A stretch of 25,126 bases of DNA from Candidatus Zixiibacteriota bacterium (GTDB lineage Bacteria; Zixibacteria; MSB-5A5; CAIYYT01): the NCBI GenBank assembly GCA_040235515.1, contig JBECKX010000091.1, positions 1-25,126 on the forward strand, read 5' to 3'. The notes beneath the pieces were generated by a model. The model searched no databases. It had not been told where the DNA came from and saw nothing but the letters and a program-made list of their open reading frames with translations. Positions 1 through 8,382 of the stretch are shown in pieces. How positions within the stretch are numbered: the first letter of the stretch is position 1; each line of letters opens with the position of its first letter. The position numbers were made by a program, and so were the translations under genes.

Positions 1-31
1 CGATTGCGCTTATCAGCTTACGATTCTTCAT
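1..31 (-). CDS. 5' fragment of a gene running off the left edge (MKNRKLISAI...), possibly an exported protein
   Basis: ATG at 31-29 with AGGAGA (44-39) 7 nt upstream. The basic then hydrophobic start resembles a signal peptide. Only 10 codons are visible. Confidence 0.6.
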   Translation of the reverse strand, partial: MKNRKLISAI

Positions 32-94
32 CTCACTATCTCCTGTCACTTCAGACCGCTGCATGCTTGAACTAACTCCAAATGGACAAACCCA

Positions 95-565
95 CTAGCG
101 ATCGATTATCTTCCGAACCACGAGTACCGAACAGGTCGCACGGCGGACTACTCTCTCGGTCGTGCTGCCGTAGAAAAACTCATGCAGCAGGCTCTGTCCG
201 CGCGACGAGATGGCGATCAGGTCGATCGCCGATTCCTTCTCCTCCTTCAGGATTTCGTCGTACGCCACGCCATAGCGGATCTTGGTCTTCACCGAGATAT
301 CATAGCCGTTGGCATGGTCGGCGATGATTCGATCCAGCTCCTCTTTGGCATTTGCCGCGACCTTCTCCTTCAACTCTTCGATTTTGTCGTCGTCGAGGAA
401 GAACAATGGCTTGCGGTAAATGTCCTCGGTCAGGACGTGGAGCAGGATAACTTCCGATTTGTACTGCGAGGCGATTCCGAAGGCTTGTTTGACGGCGAGG
501 ATGGAGCCTTCGCCATCGTGATCCGAGAAGTCGGTCGGTACCAGTATGCGTTCAGGTTTAAACAT
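95..565 (-). CDS. Universal stress protein (UspA family)
   Basis: N-terminal RILVPTDFS and C-terminal DLIAISSRGQS...FYGSTTERVVRRATCSVLVVR are typical Usp motifs. 156 aa, single domain, AAGGA RBS. Confidence 0.95.
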   Translation of the reverse strand: MFKPERILVPTDFSDHDGEGSILAVKQAFGIASQYKSEVILLHVLTEDIYRKPLFFLDDDKIEELKEKVAANAKEELDRIIADHANGYDISVKTKIRYGVAYDEILKEEKESAIDLIAISSRGQSLLHEFFYGSTTERVVRRATCSVLVVRKIIDR

Positions 566-586
566 GGTTCCTTCTAGTCGTGAATC

Positions 587-1672
587 TTAGTTGAACTTGA
601 AGTCAATGGTCAACTCGATCTTCTCGCGGGTTTCGTCGAGTGAGCCATCCTGTTCGCGCTTGATATGGCGCCAGGTCGGCTTGATAGAAACGGAACCCAT
701 CTCACCCGAGTAGACGGGAATCGCGTAGTCGATCCAGATGTAGAAGAACTTGCGCTCGACATCAAACGGATCATTCCGCTTCTTCGCGACATCCACCCAT
801 GCTGTCATCTTACCGGGGCCGAATGAACCGACGGCTTTGGCGCGGAAGTAGACAGCATCGTACTCCCGATCATCCCCGCCGGCGCGCTGCATACTCATAC
901 CACCGCTGCCTGAAAACACGAATTGTCCAACTTTGGGGGAAGTGAGATTCGCGCCGAACGTGACGGGGGCGTCCATCCCGGCATCGGCGGCGGTGATGAT
1001 GACCACCGGCTGGATGGTCACTTTTCCGGCTTTGATCGGAGCATCGATCATCAGGGAGTATTGATCATGCGTATTCGAAACCTCGTTGCCATCGGGGTCT
1101 TCGACCAGCACGCCGCGATTATCATCAACCAGCAGAGCCAGGTCGAGTTTGCTTTTGCCGACAGCGACATACCCGGCGAATCCATGAGCTCCCATATTGC
1201 TGTACAGGAGGAATGGCACATCGATCATGATGTCGGAATAGTAGTGCAGGTCAAGCAGCGGATTGGCAAGGCTGTTGAGCGGGAACAATCCCCCCCAGAA
1301 GCCAAATTCTTTGGTTTTGCGACCGAAGTAGATCTGCATGAAATCCACCGGCCCGCGACTCGCGCCATCAACCGACGAAGAACTCGGCTTGCTGTTGCCG
1401 GTGGGGTCGCCGAACTTGCCGGTCCAGTAGGCAAAGCCATTCGTTCCGAGCTGGACATGACCGAACCAGCCCTCACCGATATCACCATGCAGGTTCAACC
1501 TGGCACGATAATAGTAGTAGCCATCCGTGGTCTTGTTGCCGTACTCGCCACGATCACGAATATCCATTCGCGGTCGAATGCGGGAGTCGAATGACCAGTT
1601 GAGATCCGCGAATGCCGCCCCTGTAAGAGCGAGCAGCATAAGCACGGTCGCGGAAATGAGCAGTTTACGCAT
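587..1672 (-). CDS. Predicted outer-membrane beta-barrel protein (alginate-export/porin-like)
   Basis: Signal peptide ending AAFA. Alternating amphipathic strands, an R-x-R-x-R first strand, YRARLNL motif, aromatic C-terminus (LTIDFKFN). AGGAGG RBS. Confidence 0.75.
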   Translation of the reverse strand: MRKLLISATVLMLLALTGAAFADLNWSFDSRIRPRMDIRDRGEYGNKTTDGYYYYRARLNLHGDIGEGWFGHVQLGTNGFAYWTGKFGDPTGNSKPSSSSVDGASRGPVDFMQIYFGRKTKEFGFWGGLFPLNSLANPLLDLHYYSDIMIDVPFLLYSNMGAHGFAGYVAVGKSKLDLALLVDDNRGVLVEDPDGNEVSNTHDQYSLMIDAPIKAGKVTIQPVVIITAADAGMDAPVTFGANLTSPKVGQFVFSGSGGMSMQRAGGDDREYDAVYFRAKAVGSFGPGKMTAWVDVAKKRNDPFDVERKFFYIWIDYAIPVYSGEMGSVSIKPTWRHIKREQDGSLDETREKIELTIDFKFN

Positions 1673-1760
1673 CCAAACCTCCTGAGTTTGTTCTTCCTGC
1701 CGTTCGATGCTGAAAAAAATATCTATAAAAGAGTCGTCTTACTGCGTTGACTTAGCTAAG

Positions 1761-1777
1761 AGCAATGGATGTGCCAA
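1761..1777 (-). promoter_or_regulatory. Sigma-54 (-24/-12) promoter for the barrel-Usp operon
   Basis: Minus strand reads TTGGCACATCCATTGCT, matching TGGCAC-N5-TTGCW with exact GG-N10-GC spacing, about 90 nt upstream of the ATG at 1672. Confidence 0.9.
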
Positions 1778-1885
1778 AGAGGAACGATTCTTGATAGAGG
1801 CATGAAATGTCTACATTGACAGGGGTACGCGGCTAACCCACGCGGGTAGCTCGTGTTGTCCCGGATGCGGGGGAGAGAGAAAAGG

Positions 1886-1920
1886 TGGTCAATTTTGACC
1901 AGTTGCGGTGAATTTCAGCC
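1886..1920. promoter_or_regulatory. Candidate upstream activator sequence (tandem dyads) for a sigma-54 enhancer-binding protein
   Basis: Dyad TGGTCAA-TT-TTGACCA (1886-1901) and a related imperfect copy GGTGAATTTCAGCC (1907-1920) 20 bp away, about 140-165 bp upstream of the predicted start site. Confidence 0.6.
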
Positions 1921-1954
1921 GGACGAGCGAAGAGGGTGGATATCTGGCTCGCGC

Positions 1955-3346
1955 TCAGACTTCATCCTCTTCACCGATTTTGTACTTGGTGAATTTGTAG
2001 CGTAGTGTCTCACGCGGAATCTTGAGAAGGCGTGAGGCTTTGCTCGTGTTCCTTCCGCTCATCAGGTAGGCCTGCTTGAGGAGCTTGATTTCGGTCTGCC
2101 GCAGGATATCATCGAGTGAGCCGGTGAGTGAATTGATGTCGGCTTCATCGGCAAAGAAGCTGTCTTGCAGTTGTTCGTTGAGCAGTTCCGTGGGCAGGTC
2201 GTGGGCCTGGACGGTTTCACCTTTCTGGAGGATGCAAACGCGCTCGATCGTATTTTTCAACTCGCGAACATTGCCGGGCCAATGATACTGGGTCAGGATA
2301 TGCCGGGCTTCTTCGGAGAAGCTGCTGATCTCTTTGTTGAAGACGCGGTTGAACTGTCGGAGGAAGTACTCGGCGAGCTCAATGATATCACCATCACGAT
2401 CACGCAGGGGAGGGAGGTCGATCCTGAGGACGTTGAGCCGATAGTAGAGGTCCTGTCTGAACTGCTTATCCACAATCGCCTGCTTGAGATTCTTGTTCGT
2501 GGCGGCGACGATGCGTGTGTTTACCACGATGTCATCCGTAGAGCCAAGTCTCCGGAATCTCTTCTGTTCGATGACACGCAGAAGCGATGCCTGCAGGCCA
2601 ATTGACATCTCGCCGATCTCATCGAGAAAGAGCGTGCCACCATCCGCTTTCTCGAACAGCCCCTCCTTCGACGAACGTGCATCGGTGAAAGCGCCTTTCT
2701 CGTATCCAAACAGCTCGCTCTCGAGCAGGTTTTCGGGAATCGAAGCGCAATTGATCACGACAAACTCGTTTTCGCTCCTGGAGCTGGAAGAGTGCAGCGC
2801 CTCCGCCACCAATTCCTTGCCTGAACCACTCTCGCCGATGATCAGCACCGTTTCAGAGTCATAGCGCGCAAACTCGGTGATCTGATGCTTCACCTTGTTT
2901 ATCGCGTCGCTCGACCCGACGATGGCGTCATGGCCATGTTTGCGTTCATCCTTGAGACGTTTCACTGTTTGCTTGAGCGTGAGGGTCTCAAGGGCAAGCC
3001 GGGCAATCAGTTTGATCGCATCCGCTTTGAAGGGTTTCTTGATGTAATCGTACGCTCCAAGTTTGAGTGCCTTAATGGCGGACTCAACGGATGCATACCC
3101 GGTGGCGACAATCACGAGCAAGTCAGGTTTGACAGCCTTCATCCGCTTGAGGACTTCGATACCATTCAGGTCAGGGAGGTTGATGTCGAGGAACGCCAGG
3201 TCGACTTCCTCGTTTTCGATGCACTTGAGGGCGTCGGTCCCATTTTCGTGCAGGATGACACGATAGTTTTCCTCAGTGAAGATTTTCTTCAGAGTGAGGC
3301 GGATGAATTCTTCGTCATCCACGACAAGTATGGTACGCTGCGTCAC
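1955..3346 (-). CDS. NtrC-family sigma-54-dependent response regulator (receiver-AAA+-HTH)
   Basis: Receiver (ILVVDDE, FLDINLPD, KPF), Walker A GESGSGKE, ESELFGYEKGAFTDA, Walker B LFLDEIGE, FRQDLYYRLNV, WPGNVRELKN and a C-terminal Fis-type HTH. The GTG start overlaps the kinase stop (GTGA). Confidence 0.97.
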   Translation of the reverse strand: MTQRTILVVDDEEFIRLTLKKIFTEENYRVILHENGTDALKCIENEEVDLAFLDINLPDLNGIEVLKRMKAVKPDLLVIVATGYASVESAIKALKLGAYDYIKKPFKADAIKLIARLALETLTLKQTVKRLKDERKHGHDAIVGSSDAINKVKHQITEFARYDSETVLIIGESGSGKELVAEALHSSSSRSENEFVVINCASIPENLLESELFGYEKGAFTDARSSKEGLFEKADGGTLFLDEIGEMSIGLQASLLRVIEQKRFRRLGSTDDIVVNTRIVAATNKNLKQAIVDKQFRQDLYYRLNVLRIDLPPLRDRDGDIIELAEYFLRQFNRVFNKEISSFSEEARHILTQYHWPGNVRELKNTIERVCILQKGETVQAHDLPTELLNEQLQDSFFADEADINSLTGSLDDILRQTEIKLLKQAYLMSGRNTSKASRLLKIPRETLRYKFTKYKIGEEDEV

Positions 3347-6300
3347 GACTTACTCCCGCTTACAACCTGTGAGGACTGCACCGATTGCGCCATCGTTATC
3401 GGCAGGTAGATGGTGAATTTGGTGCCATGCGGTTCCACCCCATCGACCATGATTTGTCCTCCGTGCTCCGCTATGATAGACTGTGTGATCGACAGCCCCA
3501 ACCCGGTTCCGCCTGAGCGCTTGCTGTAGAACGGCTCGAAAATCTGCTCTCGTTCCTCATCTGCGATTCCGGGACCTGAGTCACCGATCTCGATCGCCAA
3601 CCAGCTGTCGTTCGATTCGCTGTCAGGAATTTTGTCGTCTTGATCTGCGACCCTGGTTGCCAGCCGCAGCTGGCCTCCGTCCGGCATGACCTGGATAGCA
3701 TTCAAGATGATATTCAGCAAGGCCTGTCTGATCTTTTCGCTGTCGATTGAAACCAGCGGCAGTTCCTCCTGGAGCCTCGATTCGACCGTGATCCTGCTTT
3801 CGCGACACTGCTTGTCAACGAAACGGATTGTGGCCGCTACTACATCGTTGAGACTGCGCTGACTCAATTCCCCACGTGAGGGCGACGCGTAGTCGAGGAT
3901 CTCGCTCACCAGCGTCTCCAATCGCTCCAGCTCCACGAGTGCCCGTTCGATCAAGCGCGAAACTTCAGCCTCCGCGGCGAATTTGTCGTGAAGGTCATCG
4001 AGGAACACATTGATCCCTGTCACCGGATTCCTGATTTCATGCGCGATGCCTGCGGCGAAGCGCCCCAGCGACGCCAGCCTCTCGACATGATACAGGTGAT
4101 CGTCGAGTCGTTTGCGCTCGGTGCGATCAGCCAGGATGATGATTGCACCCGCATCCGGGCTACCCTCTTCAACCGTCCCCAGACGCGTGACGTGGATTGT
4201 GAGAAGCTTGGTCTCTCCGGCCACGCTGATCTCGACATTGTGGAGCGAGAGAGTGGAGTCGCGATGAGTTGCGGCGGCTATTGGCTCCCTCAGTTCGCTG
4301 AAATGTCCCAGGCTGGCAGCGACCGGGCTGCCGACCACCTCGTCTGCTTCGATGCCGAGGATCGTCCCGGCGGCGCGGTTCATACTGGTGACGACCCCCT
4401 GCGGGTCGATCGTGATTACCCCGTTGAGCATGCTGTGGACGATGCTCTCGACGAAATTGCGTTGTTCGATCAGTTGCTGGTAGAGGCGCGTGTTCTCGAT
4501 AACTCGCGCTGCCTGGTTCGCCAGTACCTGCAGCGAGTTGACATCCAGTTGTCTCACCCGCTCGCCCGAACGGAGTTTGTCCGCGCCGAGAATCCCGATG
4601 ATGCGCTCCTTGACCTTCAACGGCACGAAGGCGAAAGAACTGCTCCTGCTCAACTCCCTGATCTTTCGATCAAGCGGGGTTGCGTCCCGATAGTTGTCGA
4701 ACTCCTCGACGAAGACAGCTTCGCCGGTCTTGACGACGCGGGTTTCAATACAGTCGAATCGGTCCAGGTTGTATTGCGAGCGCCGGGCGAGTTTTTCCGC
4801 GTCGGGTTCGAATCCAAATGTCTCGCGACACGCGAGGTAGCGGCCCTCATCGTCGATCAGGTAGAGGATTGCCCGATCAAACCCCAGACCCTCTACACAG
4901 CGGCGCAGAATCACCCCGAGGACTTCATCCAGGTGCACGGTGCTGCCGAGGATGTTGCTGATGCGCTGAATCGAGCGGAATACTTTGAGCTGGTACTCCA
5001 GGTCGCGCGCATAGTTCTCCACCTCCAGCTTTGATTCTTCCAGTTGCTTCATTGAGGCCAGGAGCGAGAGCCGGTTTCCTTCCAGCTCCGCCGCCATATT
5101 GTTGAAGGTGTGTGACAGTACTCCGATTTCGTCGGAGCGGTTGAGCGGTTCGAATTGCAGCGCTTCCCCTCGGGCCAGACGCTGTGACGCCCGGGTGATA
5201 TCGACGATCGGTCGTGCAAAGCTGCGGGAAAGCAGCCACGAGACGATGAGGGACAGCACCAGGGTCAGCAGAATCGCCAACAGGATGTTATCTCGTAGCA
5301 CGATGACGGCGCGAGATATCCCCATTGCAATCGTGGTTGCGTGCCCGCGAAACCCCTGAATCTCGGCACCGATCGTGATTCCACCGAATACTCCGTTGTT
5401 GGCGTAGTCGCCATACGCAAAACTGATGGGCGAGTATGCCATGACCTTGGGGATGCCGCCGACGTTGGTCGTGATCACCGAGCCTGAACGTCCCTCGCGC
5501 ACCGCGCGAGCGACCAGGGGATAGTTTTCATGCACGTGGCCGGCAGAATCGAGGTTGAACGGTCGATCATTGCCGCTTATGCCCGCGCGCGCGGCTGCAG
5601 CCGTGAAGGGCGGCATCCAATGGCCGGAGCTGTCTACGCCGGGCAGATCCCAATACTTGGGATGCGTGATGATCCAGCCACGATCGTCGAACATGAATGC
5701 ATAATCGCCGGAACTATAAACCGGGAATACGGTCTCTTCCTTGCTGTTTGGCAGGATATGCTGTGTGAGTTCCATCAGGTGTCTGTGATCGAGCGCCAGC
5801 ATCACCACGCCGATCAACGTGTCAAGCGAGTAGATCGGTGTCGCAAACCTGATCACACCATCGTACTCTCGTCCTTCGACAGCCGCTTCGATCGAGCTGG
5901 CGTCGCCCAGTTGTTCTTGCCGGGGCACGTAGAAACCGGTCAGATGCGACACATAGATATCGCCGTTGTGCAGCCTGCTGGCGCGCGTGAAATACTCTTC
6001 GACACCGTAAGTGGTTTGGGCGGGGTCGCTCACATCCCGCAGCTCATCGGCGCGCACGACCCGATTCGCCACCACCTTGATCTCCTCGTGCCCATCGGCG
6101 CCGATAAATGCGATCTCCCTGTAAAGCGGTAGCATAACATGCTCCTCACCGGGATTGCCATTCGTGCCGGCGCGACGCCACACCAGTGACTTGTGTTGGT
6201 CGGAAAACTGCAGGTAACCATTCTCGGAAGGGCGCAGTTCACGCAAGTCCTGCAAATCGGCGATTCGCTGCTCGAGGAACTTGCTGACCGATCGGGCGGT

Positions 6301-6486
6301 AAGAACCGCCTGCAACTCCATCGTCTCTCGCGTCTTGTTGTCGATCGTGTCGAATACCTGCGTCACGATCTCCTCGCCGACCGAGGTGATGCTCAAATAG
6401 GTGACCAACCCGAAGATCGTGATCGGCACCGCCGAGATCAGTAGAAGTGCAATCACGATTCTACCAAATAGGCCGAATCTCAACAT
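3343..6486 (-). CDS. Membrane sensor histidine kinase (TM-periplasmic Cache-like-TM-HAMP-GAF-PAS-HisKA-HATPase)
   Basis: Two TM helices, HAMP (RSDEIGVLSHTFNNM), GAF (FVPLKVKERIIGILGAD), PAS (GVITIDPQGVVTSMNRAA), H-box AHEIRNP, N-box NIILNAIQ, DSGPGI, GTGLGL. Start placed at ATG 6486 just before TM1. ATG 6552 is an alternative; the 6672 start is probably an over-extension. Confidence 0.95.
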   Translation of the reverse strand: MLRFGLFGRIVIALLLISAVPITIFGLVTYLSITSVGEEIVTQVFDTIDNKTRETMELQAVLTARSVSKFLEQRIADLQDLRELRPSENGYLQFSDQHKSLVWRRAGTNGNPGEEHVMLPLYREIAFIGADGHEEIKVVANRVVRADELRDVSDPAQTTYGVEEYFTRASRLHNGDIYVSHLTGFYVPRQEQLGDASSIEAAVEGREYDGVIRFATPIYSLDTLIGVVMLALDHRHLMELTQHILPNSKEETVFPVYSSGDYAFMFDDRGWIITHPKYWDLPGVDSSGHWMPPFTAAAARAGISGNDRPFNLDSAGHVHENYPLVARAVREGRSGSVITTNVGGIPKVMAYSPISFAYGDYANNGVFGGITIGAEIQGFRGHATTIAMGISRAVIVLRDNILLAILLTLVLSLIVSWLLSRSFARPIVDITRASQRLARGEALQFEPLNRSDEIGVLSHTFNNMAAELEGNRLSLLASMKQLEESKLEVENYARDLEYQLKVFRSIQRISNILGSTVHLDEVLGVILRRCVEGLGFDRAILYLIDDEGRYLACRETFGFEPDAEKLARRSQYNLDRFDCIETRVVKTGEAVFVEEFDNYRDATPLDRKIRELSRSSSFAFVPLKVKERIIGILGADKLRSGERVRQLDVNSLQVLANQAARVIENTRLYQQLIEQRNFVESIVHSMLNGVITIDPQGVVTSMNRAAGTILGIEADEVVGSPVAASLGHFSELREPIAAATHRDSTLSLHNVEISVAGETKLLTIHVTRLGTVEEGSPDAGAIIILADRTERKRLDDHLYHVERLASLGRFAAGIAHEIRNPVTGINVFLDDLHDKFAAEAEVSRLIERALVELERLETLVSEILDYASPSRGELSQRSLNDVVAATIRFVDKQCRESRITVESRLQEELPLVSIDSEKIRQALLNIILNAIQVMPDGGQLRLATRVADQDDKIPDSESNDSWLAIEIGDSGPGIADEEREQIFEPFYSKRSGGTGLGLSITQSIIAEHGGQIMVDGVEPHGTKFTIYLPITMAQSVQSSQVVSGSKS

Positions 6487-6850
6487 CTCCGGGACGGTTG
6501 AGAAAGGGCGGCTGGATTCACGTGATTTCGCATTTTCGGGGCGGAGCGGCATAGAGAACCATATTCGTTGATTGACAGCTCTTTGAATGCGCAAAATACG
6601 ACTTATTCGACCATTTTTCAAGCGCTTTTTCCAGAGTGCTGCCTGCACCAACTTTTTGTGGCGCTGTGTCATAGACTGTTGCGGGAAAGCAACTTATGAC
6701 ATATATATAAAGGATAATTCTTGGCCCGATTTGGAACCTGCAAGCAGTCGACCTGTTGATTCTGGTAGAGTTAGCAAGGATTGGCGCCTGAGTAATGCGC
6801 CAGGAATTGGCACAGGATTGAACTCAACAAGAGGATGGACGACCCAGAGT

Positions 6851-8275
6851 ATGCTTCTTCAGCAAATCTTTGACCCCCGGCTGGCTCAGTACTCTTATTT
6901 CCTTGGATGTCAGGAGACGGGGGAAGCGATTGTGATTGATCCCCAGCGCGATATCGATCGTTACCTGCGGCTGGCGGAGGAGAAGGAAATGCGCATTGTC
7001 GCTGCTGCCGACACGCATATTCATGCCGACTATGTGACAGGACTGCGCGAGTTTGCCGAGCTGGACGGAGTTACTATCTATGCGTCAGGTGAGGGGGGAG
7101 ACAGCTGGCAATACGAATGGCTGATCGATTCAGACTACGATCATGTACTGCTCTCCGACGGTGCAGAACTCAAGATCGGAAACATCGCGATCAAGGCGCA
7201 ACATACTCCGGGTCACACACCGGAGCATCTTTCGTATCTGGTGACAGACACAGCCCGCGACCCCGGTACTCCCATTTGTCTGATCAGCGGCGATTTCGTT
7301 TTCGTCGGTGATGTCGGGCGCCCTGATCTGCTTGAGTCCGCGGTGCAGCAGAAGGGAACGATGGTTGCCTCAGCGGAACAGTTGTTCAAGTCAGTAAATC
7401 GATTTCGAGAGCTGCCTGAGTCATTGATGCTTCTGCCGGGACATGGCGCCGGCAGTGCATGTGGCAAGGCACTTGGCGCGGTACCGCAATCAACCGTGGG
7501 CTACGAACTGGCCACCAACGCCTCGATTCTGGTCGCACGGGAGCAATCACGCTTTGTGGATTTCATCCTGCGTGATCAACCTGAGCCACCAGCCTACTTT
7601 GCACGGATGAAGAGCGTGAACCGCGACGGGCCGGCTATTCTCGGCAGGCTGCCGGAGCCACGCCAGCTCAGTCTGGAGGAGTTTACGAAGCTTGTAGAGG
7701 CTGAAGAGGATACAATCATCGACACGCGCAACTGGGAGCAATTCAGGGAGCAGCACGTTCCGCGTTCTTTGTTCATCCCGCTAACAAGCGCAGTTTCGAC
7801 ATTGATCGGATCGTATGTCGAGCCTGAGGCGCGAATCTATCTGATTGCCGAGCAGAGTGATCTGGAAGAGTTCACCAGGCAGTGTGTCAGGGTAGGCGTG
7901 GATAAGGTGGAGGGTTACATCACTCCACAACAGCTCGAGAGCTGGATAGCTCAGGGTGGTCCAACCGCATCGATCGAGGAAACCAGCATCTTTGAACTTC
8001 AGCAAAAAGCCAACTCCGATGGCGTTACGGCCGTCGATGTCCGCCGCTCCGCGGAGTTGATCGAGTTACCGGGAATCGCCCGGGCTTACAACATCTCGCA
8101 TACCCAACTCAGTCTGAGGTTTTCGGAGTTGCCCGCAGATACCCCTCTGGATGTGTATTGCAGAACCGGGAGTCGCTCTCGCTATGCGACGGCATTTCTG
8201 CGCAGCAAGGGAATCAAGGCCAGGAATGTCACCGGCGGTGCGCTTGACCTGTTCATGGCCCGGACGGGCCGATAA
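6851..8275 (+). CDS. MBL-fold persulfide dioxygenase fused to two rhodanese-like domains (CstB-like)
   Basis: THIHADY, HTPGHTPEH, GDFVFVGDVGRPDL, PGHGAGSACGK, then a rhodanese-homology domain (IIDTR) and a C-terminal rhodanese with VYCRTGSRS. Start placed at ATG 6851 (MLLQQIFDPRLAQYSY), where family-like sequence begins. Confidence 0.9.
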   Translation: MLLQQIFDPRLAQYSYFLGCQETGEAIVIDPQRDIDRYLRLAEEKEMRIVAAADTHIHADYVTGLREFAELDGVTIYASGEGGDSWQYEWLIDSDYDHVLLSDGAELKIGNIAIKAQHTPGHTPEHLSYLVTDTARDPGTPICLISGDFVFVGDVGRPDLLESAVQQKGTMVASAEQLFKSVNRFRELPESLMLLPGHGAGSACGKALGAVPQSTVGYELATNASILVAREQSRFVDFILRDQPEPPAYFARMKSVNRDGPAILGRLPEPRQLSLEEFTKLVEAEEDTIIDTRNWEQFREQHVPRSLFIPLTSAVSTLIGSYVEPEARIYLIAEQSDLEEFTRQCVRVGVDKVEGYITPQQLESWIAQGGPTASIEETSIFELQQKANSDGVTAVDVRRSAELIELPGIARAYNISHTQLSLRFSELPADTPLDVYCRTGSRSRYATAFLRSKGIKARNVTGGALDLFMARTGR

Positions 8276-8382
8276 TACCCCCGGCGTGCAGAATCAGTTG
8301 CAATATGGTTCCAATTAGGCTTTCTTGGGGCTTCTTAGAACGCGCCGCTGTACTTTACTCAAGCTTGCTCTAAAGGAGCCCA

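Noticed and set aside
2679..2696. GAFTDA instead of GAFTGA in the activator
   Set aside because: This is a common variant that keeps the key F and T residues, so it is not evidence of sigma-54 independence.
3988..5034. 348-aa plus-strand ORF and other long antisense ORFs (923-1594, 5530-6132, 15748-16494, 18780-19451)
   Set aside because: They lie opposite well-supported genes, carry no recognisable motifs, and are expected shadows in GC-rich coding DNA.
6587..6850. N-terminal extensions making the kinase (to 6672) and the MBL protein (from 6587) overlap head to head
   Set aside because: The extensions are not family-like, and the region is AT-richer and looks like a divergent promoter region. 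Downstream ATGs fit the domain boundaries.
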